A stretch of DNA of 64,000 bases from the NCBI GenBank assembly GCA_036630325.1, contig CP142726.1:1426001-1490000 (forward strand). Reading direction: 5' to 3'. Positions 9,913 to 20,785 of the stretch are shown here, piece after piece. Below the pieces are notes generated by a model, which ran no database searches, was not told the origin of the DNA, and worked only from the letters and a program-made list of their open reading frames with translations. Made by a program: the position numbers and the translations under genes. The DNA is from Vairimorpha necatrix (taxonomy: Eukaryota). The first letter of the stretch is position 1; each line of letters opens with the position of its first letter.

Positions 9913-11553
9913 AAAAAAGCAGAAAATATAGAAAACAGTGAGAATACTAGAAATTACATTTTAGATTTTATAAATAAAAAAGATGAAATCACATGCACTG
10001 ATGACAATTGTCTTGTAAAATGGTACGATAATAATTTAGAGGTAAATGATGAAGATTCCTTAGAAAATATTGATTTTACTAGTGTCAATGAAAACGCAGA
10101 AGAAGAAATTTTAAATATTGAAAAAAACAAAAATCATAAATTTTTTAATATTTTTGTACTACACAATTTGAAAATATTAGAAATTGAAAATATTAAAAAT
10201 GAAGATATTTTAAAAATAGAAAACCAAGAAATATCATTTTTTTCATATTCTAAAAATTTTTTAGAATTTTGTAAATGTATAAATTTGACCACAGATAAAA
10301 AATCTGTAAATTGTACTAATGTAGATACATTTAGAAAAATATTTTCTACGAAATATATTGACAATACGATCAATAAATTTATAGATAAAATAATCAATGA
10401 TCCTATTAATTATGAAGAAAATGATAAACAGAAATTTATAATAATTTTACTATATACGTATTTGTATTCTGTAAATATAAAACATAAGAAAAAATTTTTA
10501 TTATATGAAAAAACAAAGAATAATATTTTCTTAATCAAATCGGAATATAAATTTAGAATTTCTTATACTAAAGATTATAATATTGATAAATGGATACTAA
10601 ATCTAAAAGAATATGAAAATTTATATGATGAGTCAAATTTTTTAAATTTTTATTATCAAAATTATGTGTCAAAACCAAGTGGCGAAAAAGATTTGTTTTA
10701 TAATTTTGTTTGTAGAATAAACAAAGTCATACTAAATATTGAGAAAGGCAAACAATTGCATTTCCTAAAGAGAGTTTTTATGTTACACACGATATTATAT
10801 TCATCTGTGGACGAATTACAAGTTTATAAAACAGTCATAGATTTTTTTAATAAGAAAATTGTAAGCTTTGCCACAGAATACTTAAAAAAACATGTCCTTA
10901 CATTTTATTTTAATATCTTAAACAATATTGGACAGGTAGAAATTTTTAATATAATTTTATCGCACATTGTTAATAATCTAGAAATCTATACAAAATACGA
11001 AAAAGAAGTCTTTAGATTTAATCTTCTACAAATAAGAGATTGGTCACAATTCATTTATTTAGTTGAACAAAATATTGAATCTTTTAATAATATTAGCCTC
11101 GCTATGGATTTATTATTTTATGCATCAGACAATATTAATAAACAGAATACAAAAGGAATACTAGAAATAATAGGTTTATTTATAAATATCCACGAGCTTA
11201 TAAAAATAGATCATTTTTTTAAATTTATAAAAATTTATTTTAGGCATTTAAAAAATCAATTTTTAAATTTGAGCTTATTGAAAGAACAAGACGAAATTTT
11301 AGATTTTTATAATAAAAATACAGACAAAATTAGTAAAATTATTTTATCATTTCAGAGATTTGTAATTTTATCAAATGAGGATAATAAAAAAGAGAAGAAA
11401 AAAGAAACAAGGCAATCGATCATCGAAACACAATTCCATTCTTTTATTGGTGTCATTTATAAGCTTGAAGATATTTTATATGCGACTTATAAAGACAAAG
11501 TAAAAATTACCAAAATGAGATCTTTTACATTTAGAGAAAACAAAATCTTATAA
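9868..11553 (+). CDS. Hypothetical protein (probably alpha-helical)
   Basis: Long ORF; likely start at CCC-ATG 9868; no recognisable motif. Confidence 0.7.
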   Translation: MWQNMKDEIIENIKKKKAENIENSENTRNYILDFINKKDEITCTDDNCLVKWYDNNLEVNDEDSLENIDFTSVNENAEEEILNIEKNKNHKFFNIFVLHNLKILEIENIKNEDILKIENQEISFFSYSKNFLEFCKCINLTTDKKSVNCTNVDTFRKIFSTKYIDNTINKFIDKIINDPINYEENDKQKFIIILLYTYLYSVNIKHKKKFLLYEKTKNNIFLIKSEYKFRISYTKDYNIDKWILNLKEYENLYDESNFLNFYYQNYVSKPSGEKDLFYNFVCRINKVILNIEKGKQLHFLKRVFMLHTILYSSVDELQVYKTVIDFFNKKIVSFATEYLKKHVLTFYFNILNNIGQVEIFNIILSHIVNNLEIYTKYEKEVFRFNLLQIRDWSQFIYLVEQNIESFNNISLAMDLLFYASDNINKQNTKGILEIIGLFINIHELIKIDHFFKFIKIYFRHLKNQFLNLSLLKEQDEILDFYNKNTDKISKIILSFQRFVILSNEDNKKEKKKETRQSIIETQFHSFIGVIYKLEDILYATYKDKVKITKMRSFTFRENKIL

Positions 11554-11620
11554 AGTATAAATAAATTTATATGTTGAATTTTATTATTAAAATGTACTAT
11601 AATTTTAAAAAAAAATATTT

Positions 11621-11858
11621 CTGTCAGAAGACAGATCTCCGGTGATACTAAGATTGCCCTGGAGATCTGAGAATACCATGCTGTAAGTATTCTCCCTCTT
11701 TACATGTATAATTTTTGGAGGAAAATTGGTGATATTTTCCCGCCTAAAATTATAAAAGAAAATCATGCCTAGAAGGGTATGAAGAATAATAAAAATATTA
11801 GTCTAAAACATTCTTCTCGGACTGATGGGAAACCATCAGTCCACAATTTCATTTTTTT
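11621..11858 (+). ncRNA. Unassigned multi-hairpin structured RNA
   Basis: About six consecutive hairpins, e.g. CAGATCTCC/GGAGATCTG, AGAATAC/GTATTCT, GGAAAAT/ATTTTCC, GGACTGATGG-GAAA-CCATCAGTCC. G-U pairs and the GNRA loop favour the + strand; TATA-like element upstream and T7 downstream. Confidence 0.65.
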
Positions 11859-12333
11859 ACATATTATATAATGAATTCACTGTGATTTATTTAATAAAAA
11901 TTTATAACAATTGCTTTTTCCCATAAGCAAAATATTAACATAAATTAAAATGTAAGATATATTGAAAAAGTTTTATTTTATTGTGATTTATCAAAACAAC
12001 AAATTATTCATTGTATTTTTATTTAACATAAATACAGTCATACAGCACTACAATATGTTGGTTTGTAATATCCTATTATGAACTGCTATTTTGTTTTTTA
12101 TGCTATTTTATAAATTTGTTTGTTTTTTGTTTATGTAAAAAACTATAAATAAGAGAGAATTTTTCGAAAATGCATAAAAGAAATTTTAAGATAAAAAAAT
12201 ATTTTTTTATACCAAAAAAGAAAATTAATAAAAAAAAGGATATTATTAAAAAAATCCCCAAAGAAACTAAAAGAGTAATAAACAATGAATATTTCCCTGC
12301 TTGGTTTAAATAATTTATTTTTTTATACCCCAC

Positions 12334-13875
12334 ATGTCTAAAAATCATTCTAATGGACCAGAAATTTCAGAAGAAGAATTTTATCTTCAAAGATTGACTA
12401 CAGTAAAAAAGCAACTTAGCGAAAATGAAAATGTTTACCCAAATAAATTTGAAGTCAAAAATAGATTCCATGAAATTATTAAATATAAAGATTCACAAGA
12501 TGAAGAATTACAAGATATTAATGTTCAGTCTGCAGGAAGAATTATGAGTTTTAGGGTTCATGCAAGATATTCTTTTTTCCAAATCATGTCTGAAGATTTT
12601 AATCTTCAGCTTGTTGTAGATTCTCAAGTTTTAGATAAAAAAGAAGTCTTGACTAGCATTAGGAGAGGAGATATAGTAGGATTTAGAGGGAAATTAGGTA
12701 GAACAAAAACTAAGGAATTTAGTGTATTTGTTAAAACTTTAGAGATATTGACTCCTTGTCTCAGATCCATACCTACAGATTATTATGGTCTTAAGGACCC
12801 TGAGATTATTTACCGTAAAAGATACCTTGATCTATTAATTAATAAAGAATCGAAGAATAGATTTATGATAAGATCCAAATTAGTAAAATTTATTAGAAAT
12901 TATCTAGACGAAAGAGATTTCGTAGAGGTAGAGACACCTCTTTTAAATATCATCCCATCAGGAGCCGCAGCTAAGCCTTTCATTACACATCACAATGAAT
13001 TAAAAATGGATTTATATTTGAGAATTGCACCTGAATTATATTTGAAGAAATTAGTAATAGGAGGAATGGACCGTGTTTACGATATGGGAAAAGTGTTTAG
13101 AAATGAAGGAATAGACTTGACTCATAATCCTGAATTTACTATCTGTGAATTTTATATGGCGTACGCAGATTACAACGACATGATGAACATGACCGAAGAA
13201 TTATTAAATGGAATGTGTAGACATTTGCATGGATCAGAAAAGATAACATACGCCCCAAATAAAAGAGAACAGGAAATCGAGCCCGTAGAAATAAATTTCG
13301 CGAGGCCTTTTGCTAAGTACAACATGCTTGAAGAGATTAGTAAGGCGGTAGGTAAGAAATTAGATGGAATTAATATAAACGAACCAGAAACACTTAAATT
13401 ACTAATTGAAACATGCGAGAAAAACGACATAAAAGTTGACAATCCCAAAACATTGACCAGAGTCCTTGATAAATTAGTAGGTCATTTTATTGAGCCAAAA
13501 TGCATTAATCCTTCGTTTATTGTGGGGTACCCCCTTGCCACGTCTCCACTCGCCAAGAATCACAGAAGTGAACCAGGCATGGTAGAAAGATTTGAGCTTT
13601 TTATAAATGGCAAAGAGATCTGCAATGCCTACACTGAATTGAATAATCCAGTAGAGCAGAGGCTGAGATTTAAGATGCAGGCACAGGACATTAATGAAGG
13701 AGACGACGAAGCCATGATCACAGATGAAGATTTCTGTGTTGCCCTCGAGTATGGCCTTCCTCCTACTGGTGGATGGGGACTCGGCGTGGACAGACTCACC
13801 ATGTTCATGACCAATGCTGCCAATATAAAAGACGTGGTTTTATTCCCAGCCATGAAACCTGAAGCAGAAAATTAA
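12334..13875 (+). CDS. KRS1: Lysyl-tRNA synthetase (class II)
   Basis: YPNKF, RYLDL, FVEVETP, LRIAPELYLK, FRNEG, HNPEFT, GLPPTGGWGLGVDRL. Confidence 0.97.
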   Translation: MSKNHSNGPEISEEEFYLQRLTTVKKQLSENENVYPNKFEVKNRFHEIIKYKDSQDEELQDINVQSAGRIMSFRVHARYSFFQIMSEDFNLQLVVDSQVLDKKEVLTSIRRGDIVGFRGKLGRTKTKEFSVFVKTLEILTPCLRSIPTDYYGLKDPEIIYRKRYLDLLINKESKNRFMIRSKLVKFIRNYLDERDFVEVETPLLNIIPSGAAAKPFITHHNELKMDLYLRIAPELYLKKLVIGGMDRVYDMGKVFRNEGIDLTHNPEFTICEFYMAYADYNDMMNMTEELLNGMCRHLHGSEKITYAPNKREQEIEPVEINFARPFAKYNMLEEISKAVGKKLDGININEPETLKLLIETCEKNDIKVDNPKTLTRVLDKLVGHFIEPKCINPSFIVGYPLATSPLAKNHRSEPGMVERFELFINGKEICNAYTELNNPVEQRLRFKMQAQDINEGDDEAMITDEDFCVALEYGLPPTGGWGLGVDRLTMFMTNAANIKDVVLFPAMKPEAEN

Positions 13876-13941
13876 AAATTAGTTTCTTTTATGAATATTT
13901 ACAATAAGTTAAAGATGCGTATATTTAAAATTCAAAGAAAT

Positions 13942-15705
13942 TTAATTTTTCTTTATTATTTTACTTGTATTTTTTAACAAATATTCCCTTTCTTCTTCTG
14001 TTGATATTAGAGGCAGTATCTTTTCTCTTATTTTTTCGAAAACACTGTTGATATTATTTATTTCTTCTTCTTCCAGTAGTGAAGAGTCAATCATGTTCCA
14101 CTGATACGGAACATAAGTCAAATTTACTAATCTCATAAATTTATCATCGACCTCTTGGGAAAATACAAGATTTTCTAGTCTTATGCCAAATTCGCCATCA
14201 TAATAAATTCCTGGCTCAATGGAAAATACTTGATTTAGTAAAATTTTACTGTTAAAATTGTAGCTTAAAGTTGGTGGCCCTTCGTGGACACACAAAAAAT
14301 GGCCAACTCCGTGCCCCGAGGCATGTCCATAATTTTCAAATTTATTCCATAAATCTAATCTGGTCAAGGAGTCGATTATGCAACCATTAATATTTTTAGG
14401 ATAAATTTGACTCATTGCTCTAATTTGTCCCTTTAATATTTTAGTGTACATTGTCTTTATTTTTTCATTTACTTTTCCTAAAAATAAAGTCCTTGATGTG
14501 TCTGTAGTCCCGAAAATATAATTACTACCAACATCTAATAGACAAATTTGGTCATTTTTGATTTGTTCTTCTCCCGCACTGTAGTGGATTATGGCGCTAT
14601 TTGAGCCAGCCCCCACGATAGACTCGAAACTTGGAAATTTATACCCATAAAATTCTGATTTAATTTCATCGAGTTTCTCTGACACTTGTTTTTCTGTTAC
14701 ATTTTCATTTTTATTAATCCATACAAATAATTTGTTTAGTGCTACGCCATCAAGAATATAAGCCAAGTTGAAACCTTCTAGTTCTTCTCTTGTTTTTTGA
14801 GATTGACATAATCTAATTTTGTCTGTATACTTGGGACTTTTTAATAATGAATTTAGATAACCATTACATGTATTTGATACTACAAATTTGTTTGTATTTT
14901 TAAATAAAAAATTTTCAAAATCTTCGTATTTGCAAATTTCGACATTTTCTAATTTTATTTCTGCATTACAAAAAAGTCGAACTTCTTTTTTATTCAAAGA
15001 TGCATATGCATAAAATAGAGGATTATATTTTATATCTGAACCTCTGAGGTTAAACACCCAACATATTGTATCCATTTCTGTTATTATTAATTCTTCGTCT
15101 TCATTTATTTCTTCCCTGATTTCTTTTATTTTCTCTTGATACGTTTTCCCGCATATTATGGCATTTTCTTCTAAGTCTTTGTAAATCATAAAATTTCTAT
15201 AATTTTCATTTATGCCAAGTCTTTTGAAATTTTCTTTATAAAAATCGCAGATTTTATAATTTTCTATTGAATAAACTTTATTGAAAATTCGCACAGGTTT
15301 ATGCGCATAAATTTCGTCTACAAAATCTTCAGTAATTTGTACTAACTCAATGGCATGCTTAGAAAGATTCTCTGTTAAAGTTTTAATATATTCAGTTGTA
15401 TAATGTCTAGGATTTAATCCGACTCTTTTTATTTCTATGTTGTCTCTTAAATATTCTTCTAATGAGTCTATTCCCATTTTTTTCATTTTATAATTCGTGA
15501 GTTCTTTTTCTGCTTGTAAATAATAGCGAGAGTCGGTAAACAAAGCATTATTTTTACAAGTTACTGCTAGGCCATTTGAACCTGTAAACCCTGTAAGAAA
15601 TTCCACCCGTTTGTCAGAAGGGCCAATGTATTCATTGAGGTGTTCGTCTGCAGTGATATTTATGTATCCTCCTAAATTGTATTTATTAAGCAGTGAATTT
15701 ATCAT
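13942..15705 (-). CDS. Xaa-Pro aminopeptidase (aminopeptidase P, M24B)
   Basis: DEHLNEY, TGFTGSNG, TDSRY, NLRGSDI, GTTDTSRT, HASGHGVGHFLCVHEGP, EPGIY, GIRLEN; start after CCCC at 15705. Confidence 0.93.
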   Translation of the reverse strand: MINSLLNKYNLGGYINITADEHLNEYIGPSDKRVEFLTGFTGSNGLAVTCKNNALFTDSRYYLQAEKELTNYKMKKMGIDSLEEYLRDNIEIKRVGLNPRHYTTEYIKTLTENLSKHAIELVQITEDFVDEIYAHKPVRIFNKVYSIENYKICDFYKENFKRLGINENYRNFMIYKDLEENAIICGKTYQEKIKEIREEINEDEELIITEMDTICWVFNLRGSDIKYNPLFYAYASLNKKEVRLFCNAEIKLENVEICKYEDFENFLFKNTNKFVVSNTCNGYLNSLLKSPKYTDKIRLCQSQKTREELEGFNLAYILDGVALNKLFVWINKNENVTEKQVSEKLDEIKSEFYGYKFPSFESIVGAGSNSAIIHYSAGEEQIKNDQICLLDVGSNYIFGTTDTSRTLFLGKVNEKIKTMYTKILKGQIRAMSQIYPKNINGCIIDSLTRLDLWNKFENYGHASGHGVGHFLCVHEGPPTLSYNFNSKILLNQVFSIEPGIYYDGEFGIRLENLVFSQEVDDKFMRLVNLTYVPYQWNMIDSSLLEEEEINNINSVFEKIREKILPLISTEEEREYLLKNTSKIIKKN

Positions 15706-16439
15706 GGGGTACTGTTTTATATTTTTATAAATCAACACAAAACATTTCCTTAAACTCTATAGAAAACATTAGTTAAATTGAGACTAAACTTATTTCTATT
15801 TAATAAATAACTTAGGTGGTTGTACGTTATTGTAAGTGCTATCTTTTTATTGGAACAGAGCTATTTTGCTGTCGTCGCATGATCTTTTTATTCGACCATC
15901 TATTTACTCTAAAGATGTATAAATCTCTAAGCTCTTTTAAGTCTTAGAGCATTCATATCTGAATAAAAAATCTCTTTGACTGTCTAAATGTAGCTTTTAC
16001 TGCTGTCTAACTTTGTTACTTAGTCATCACGTGTGAGAACTTGCGGTGTAGTCATTGTCTTGTATCAATTTAGCATCCTGATATGGTTCACGAGTAAATT
16101 ATATTGTGCACTTTTATCTTCGATATATTAAATTGACAGAGAATGTCTTTTTTCTTGTATTATACATAGTTACTATTTCAAACTGTTGTACAGAATAATA
16201 TAAATGGTTTATTAGAATAAGACTTAATCTCGTGTCTATTCTAATATAACTGTTGAAAATATATATTAAATAAATTTAATCCTTAACTTACAATTATCTT
16301 TAACAATATATTTTATACCGACAAATGATTTAGAAAATTACTTTATTTGGGTATAAAATAATATCTTACTTACTAATTAATTTTCACAAGTTATAATCAC
16401 AATTTCTTCTGACAGATTGGTTTCCTCCCGAAATCCACA

Positions 16440-17165
16440 TATTGGTTCCTCGAATACCCCCTCCTGTTCAGTATAAAGCCCATGTCTGATTGACATAATT
16501 AGGCTTTCTAAAGTCATTTAAAAGACTCTTGTCTGTATATATACTTCCGTTCTGGGTTCTAATCGGAGCTCTTTGATATGCGAGCGGTGAAAATTAGTTA
16601 CTATTCCATTCCAAGTCATCACATAAGACATAATTTTCGGCTAATATTTATAGAGAGAAGCCGCATGATTTGCAAGCAAGTCGTATTTATGTTTCTTTTC
16701 TGTTTATACCGCTTGAAGGTTGTTATAGCTTGTTTCCAACTTCAACAACGATCACTTCTTTCATCAACTTGCCCAAAAAAGAAATAAGGCTTGTTATACT
16801 TTATTTTGATACTTGAATTTATCATAGTGTCAACTCTTATCTCAACATACTCATTGGCTAAACATTCTTATACTGAATGATTGCTTATTCTTTTAGCATG
16901 GGATAATCCATACGTCTTACATAACTGCAGGTGTATGCATCGCAGTGCCGTCTCATGTTATCATGTAAAGCATACGATCACATTGAGTGGCTATATGATC
17001 TACTGTCTTTGCATATTTATGACAGTGTAGGCATTTTTTCTGTTTTTCAAAGAATATGTTTCGGTCCTGTAATGCACATAAGTTGCTTATCTCTCTTGGG
17101 CTTAAATTCCTTTTTGTAAGCCACATAGCAACCGGCTTTATTCAATATGGATCGTCTCGTGGTCT
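16440..17165 (-). mobile_element. Decayed 3' part of an RLE-type non-LTR retrotransposon (zinc knuckle + restriction-like endonuclease)
   Basis: Manual translation: LQDRN..CLHCHKYAKTVDHIATQC (CX2CX8HX4C), VEIRVDT, VVEVG, KYDLLAN, YVMTWNGIVT, EVYIQTRV, with stops and frameshifts. Confidence 0.8.
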
Positions 17166-17768
17166 AAATAGCTTTAAATGGTTTTTTTTGTTGACAAATG
17201 ATTTAAAAAATTGTTTTATTTATAAAACTTTCTATAAAATCGTATTTTGAATTCCTTATAGCTAAAATTGGGGTTGTCATCTAAAATTTTGTATTAAGAT
17301 TTAAAGCAACTGTGTAATCTTCAGTCTTGATTCGCAGTCTTTTTTAATGTTTTATTAATTATTCTATCATTTTTGCATGGGCGGAAACTCTTCGAATGTT
17401 TATAGAAATTTTTTTACATACGTATCGTGTCATTATCATTTTTTATATACGACCAAATCCCGTTAAAATTTCAAGTTGTAAATACTAAACACCAGTATAT
17501 GATATTCGAATACTGACTTATGTGGAATCTTAATATACAAGATTATAGCAAACCATATTTGAGTTTTGCTATTAAAGAGAATTCTGGTCTAATTTCATGG
17601 CAAAGTATTCCAAATTGATCTTAAATCTTTTATGAATGCCAATTAAAGCGTTTAAAACGTTGTAAAACATTTGAAGTTATTTTAAAGGCATAGGCCTTAA
17701 GCCATGTTTTGGGGTTTAATTTTTTATTAAAATTGACGTAAAATCCTTAATTTTGCATGTGAAGAGAT

Positions 17769-18429
17769 GGCGCTACTTCATTTTTTGCTCCGTAAACATA
17801 AAAATTTATAATAAGATTTAAAATCTTGTTTTTTTTCAAATCTGTACATTTTTTTTTTCGAGGGGCAAGAAAATGAAGTTAAGGTATTTTTTGACGATTT
17901 GAGAATTTTTAATTGTCTTCATAAGATTTGACATTAAGGGGTTAAAAATTTTAATGTTTAAATACTCATATGTTGAATCTTAAGAAGACCATTCGGGAAA
18001 TAAATATATTGTGAAGATGTGTGCCTTAGAACAATAAAGCAGCATTTGTCGACTTTTTGGATGCAAAGTAAATCTGTTTCCATAATAATTACTGATGGTT
18101 TTATCTACCCTTCAGCCTCTAGAAATTTTAAATGCTAACACTATAAGTAAAATATTCGCTTGGCTTTATAAACGCCGATGGAGCAACACAAATCATATAG
18201 AAAATTTGTGGTCCCATTTGAAGAACGAATATAGATCGAGAAGTGGATTAATTAGGCATAGCATCAATTTATTTCTAAAAGCAATTCACTAGGAAAAAAA
18301 ATACTAAATGTTCAAATAATGAGGATAAGGGTTCTCTTATTAAGTTTTTAGACCTTTTTATATTAGATCGTATAAATTATTTATCCTAATAAATTTTTTT
18401 ACAGAGGGGCAAGAAAATGAAATAGTGCC
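17769..18429 (+). mobile_element. Deleted Merlin/IS1595-like DNA transposon
   Basis: Imperfect TIRs GGCGCTACTTCATTTTTTGCTCC / GGGGCAAGAAAATGAAATAGTGCC; flanking 8-mers GAAGAGAT / GAAAAGGT (6/8, putative TSD); internal transposase relic NTNHIENLWSHLK. Confidence 0.75.
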
Positions 18430-18432
18430 GAA

Positions 18433-18732
18433 AAGGTCAAATCGAATGCGCTTAAAAGTGTAATATGTGCTAAAAACAGCCATGAGTTTAAGAATCTTAT
18501 TGTACCATATGTTCAAAATAGGACGAATTATTTTTCTACTGTTGATACAATAAAACCAAGCTTATTTAAAACAATTCCAGATAATTTATACTGCAAGAAT
18601 ATGAAAGAAAAAAATATTATACAATGTTCTAATTGTGGTTTGCAAATTGCGTTATTGTTATTAATTGGTTTTATGATTGGCGGCATTGTTTATTGTGGAT
18701 ATAAATACTACAAATTCAAAAAACACAACTAA
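18433..18732 (+). pseudogene. 5'-truncated paralog of the signal-peptide/TM family at 19886 and 27147
   Basis: 99 sense codons without the N-terminal part: ALKSVICAKNSHEFKNLIVPYVQNRT aligns with VLGAICNNDTYEFKDVFVPNVDNFT; ends in TM IALLLLIGFMIGGIVYCGY plus a basic tail. Confidence 0.65.
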
Positions 18733-18904
18733 TCCGCTTATCGGCCCATCTATAAAAGACGTTGGCGTAGGCATATTTCATAATTAAAATATTGGAGTTA
18801 ATAGACATTTATCCCTTTACAATGTTTCTTTTCTTATTTATATTGTACAAAATATAATTTAATATTAAAGTTATTTATGGGCTTGTTTTCTTCTTCAATT
18901 TACC

Positions 18905-19400
18905 TCCATTGCTGCGCACTCTATCTGGTCACACCACCTTCTAGCTATCTCTACTATGTTCTTAATTCTAAATCCTCCATCGGCGAGCTCCTGCCGATGT
19001 TCAAAAGAAATGCTCCAAGTGTCTTCTTTTTAACTCTCATTTGGATGTAAGCCTCGGTACTAGTCGATAGACCGATGGCGTTAAAATAATTGCTGTTGTA
19101 TTTTGTCACAATTCCGTCCCATGTCATGACGTATGGTATTATTTGAACTTTGCACTTGTACATTAGGCGTAACTCTTTTGCTAAGATTTCGTACTTTTTG
19201 TAAATTATCTTGGGATGTATAATCAAAGGTATATATGTTTTAAATGTCACGTTCGCCAAAGCAGATTAATACTACATGACAATGTTATTCAATACACATG
19301 CCAGTTCTGTTTATTATATGTGGTTTTAAACAAACTTGTTTTCTATAATATTCAACCTTCCGCGATGTTTCAAAGTCAGCACATCAATACCATCTAAGAA
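18905..19400 (-). mobile_element. Second RLE non-LTR retrotransposon 3' relic
   Basis: KYEILAKEL..YKCKVQIIPYVMTWDGIVTKY..EAYIQMRV, homologous to the relic at 16.4-17.2 kb. Boundaries approximate. Confidence 0.75.
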
Positions 19401-19885
19401 CCTAACAAAAATTTTAATTTTTTATCTAAGTTTATGAGAATTTAAAATGTTCTGTAATTATTGCCGATACTACTATCCACATATATATGATTTTTTAAAT
19501 AAAAATGAACAGAAGATGTGTGTTTACGACTAGATACATGCTCTCGTCTTTTTCTGTTTTTGCTGTTCTCAAAAAAAAAACTAAATACTTGTGCTTCACA
19601 TTGGTTTTTATTTAGACACATAAAAATATCAATACTTCACAATGCTATTTCATGATTTTTGTGTTAGTTCTGAAAAAATAAATACATAAACTTGTTTGCA
19701 AAATTTTTTAATATTTGTTTATATTATTAGTTAAAAATGATGATCATTTTTTGTATCAACAAATTATATTAATACATTTAAAATTTCGTGGTTTATAAAA
19801 ATTTTGTGATATATAGCGAGATATTAACAAATATTATTTATTATGCGAGAATACTGTTTTATACAAAACAAAATTCTTGCCCCCT

Positions 19886-20785
19886 ATGAGTTTGTTATTA
19901 AAACTTTTTTTAACAGCGAATTTAATAAAAGCAAGCGGGTATGGTATGAATCCTCTTTACAAATTTTTCAAAATTAATAACATGGGATACGTTTGCCATT
20001 TGTTAAGCAATTTTTTAGGCTATACTAATATATCAGAAGAGGATATTCAAAAGCATGCAGAATTAGTATGGGAAATAACAACTAAAAATGAGGTTTTTAA
20101 AAATATGATACGAGACAAAAAGTATATTAAGGATTTACAAAAAATGAAGACTGCATATTTAAAATATATTCTTAAAGTCACATTTAAAACTGATTGGAGG
20201 GAACCGCTGGAATTTATAGTATTGAATGAAGCAGAACGGCTTTTTACTTACAACATGCTTTGGGTTGCATTAGACAGCCACAATATGTATAATTCTTGTT
20301 ATAACAATGTTATTTATAATATGATACCTATCGAAGAAAGTGTAAGAAACATCATTTATCAGAATATTTGTTATAAACAGATTGGAAAAGATAAATTACC
20401 CCTAGTTATATTAAAGAAATGTAGGGGTTTCACATCATTCTACGATTTTTGTTATGATTTTGATGATCGTGTAAAGCCTCTAAAGAATTTAAAAATCAAT
20501 CAAGAGGAAGTATTAGGGGCTATTTGTAACAATGATACATATGAATTTAAGGATGTTTTTGTTCCGAATGTTGATAATTTTACGGAGTTATGTAATACAG
20601 AATATAATACAGATCCCGAAATAGCAGAAATTGTAACAAAATTTTGTAGCTACCAAAAAAGTACTCTTAATGTTGAGATAGTTGAAGATATAAAAGACTT
20701 TACCAATATTAAAAATAATTCAGAAACAGAAAATATTGAAAAAACACCAGATTTATATAATTTTAAATCTTTAGTGAAAAATTAA
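19886..20785 (+). CDS. Secreted/surface protein family member; TM anchor lies out of frame downstream (to 20955)
   Basis: CCCCT-ATG, signal peptide MSLLLKLFLTANLIKA, conserved Cys pattern shared with the 27147 paralog. Confidence 0.8.
   Translation: MSLLLKLFLTANLIKASGYGMNPLYKFFKINNMGYVCHLLSNFLGYTNISEEDIQKHAELVWEITTKNEVFKNMIRDKKYIKDLQKMKTAYLKYILKVTFKTDWREPLEFIVLNEAERLFTYNMLWVALDSHNMYNSCYNNVIYNMIPIEESVRNIIYQNICYKQIGKDKLPLVILKKCRGFTSFYDFCYDFDDRVKPLKNLKINQEEVLGAICNNDTYEFKDVFVPNVDNFTELCNTEYNTDPEIAEIVTKFCSYQKSTLNVEIVEDIKDFTNIKNNSETENIEKTPDLYNFKSLVKN

Noticed and set aside
11709-11718. Sm-site-like AATTTTTGG suggesting a spliceosomal snRNA
   Set aside because: No U1/U2/U4/U5 signature in the proper arrangement, and the motif can pair in a long stem; left unassigned.
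15815-16110. Possible further diverged copy of repeat segment B
   Set aside because: Only a short GTGGTTGT match; similarity too weak to support by eye.
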